A stretch of DNA of 64,000 bases, taken from the NCBI GenBank assembly GCA_040954595.2, contig CM082586.2, positions 5,876,509-5,940,508 on the forward strand, written 5' to 3'. The position numbers and the translations under genes are program-made. The stretch comes from Balanoglossus misakiensis. Its lineage: Eukaryota; Animalia; Hemichordata. The notes beneath the pieces were generated by a model that was not told where the DNA came from, ran no database searches, and saw only the letters and a list, made by a program, of their open reading frames with translations. Shown in pieces: positions 63,501-64,000 of this stretch (the first letter of the stretch is position 1; each line of letters opens with the position of its first letter).

Positions 63501-64000
63501 CCAACTGCTTTCAGTGCATTTTAACAGGGTACATTACAGACGTCGCCGGTGTATTGATGCGTCGCATTCGAGATACCGCGTAGGCCAATTAAATTTGGGT
63601 GGTATTTCCAAGAGAAACGTGTCGATGACAGCGCCATGAATAGTTTCGTATTGCATGTGAACAAGAATCAGAATCATATCCTATTATCGAGCGTGCGAGT
63701 TTAATGTACAATACATGAAATAAAAATGTCGCCCACGGAACACGTCAATCGATTATTTTCGGACAAGTCACAACGGGTTTGAAGATACACTGATTCTTTT
63801 CATATACAAGACCAATTAACGAAGGCTTTCCATTATGATATCAACACATTTAAAAGTTTAAAAAGTTACATTTCCAAAAAAAAAAATAACAGTTAAACTT
63901 AAGTGGCCCATGTATAATAATGTAATGTCAAAAACGAAGTGAAAATACAACCCATTTTTCTTAGAAGTAATGATTTATTTAACATGTAGGCAGTGTAATA

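Overview
Eukaryotic, intron-rich, AT-rich animal genomic DNA. The gene content and short GT-AG introns suggest an invertebrate, possibly a deuterostome (inference). I reconstructed five spliced genes exon by exon with consistent phases. (1) The 3' part (18 exons, >=1143 aa) of a mosaic poly-protease, SRCR-trypsin-Ser/Thr linker-4xLDLa-SRCR-trypsin, built from a duplicated module. (2) A secreted trypsin-like protease with an atypical Asp-Ile activation site. (3) FBXO9 (minus strand), head-to-head with (4) EXOC3/Sec6 (plus strand, 25 exons). (5) A class A peptide-type GPCR (minus strand, 5 coding exons) ending in a PDZ-type -SKL. About 18 kb (46-64 kb) upstream of the GPCR shows no supportable coding sequence. 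The window also holds a 3.0 kb non-autonomous foldback DNA transposon (TAG...CTA ends, TTTT TSD) and several MITE families. Most notable: a one-nucleotide TGA/TCA difference that appears to record how the two protease modules became one ORF, the foldback element just upstream of the catalytic-Ser exon, duplicated splice-site remnants, and candidate alternative GPCR tails. No prokaryotic-type systems, tRNA, rRNA or CRISPR arrays were found.
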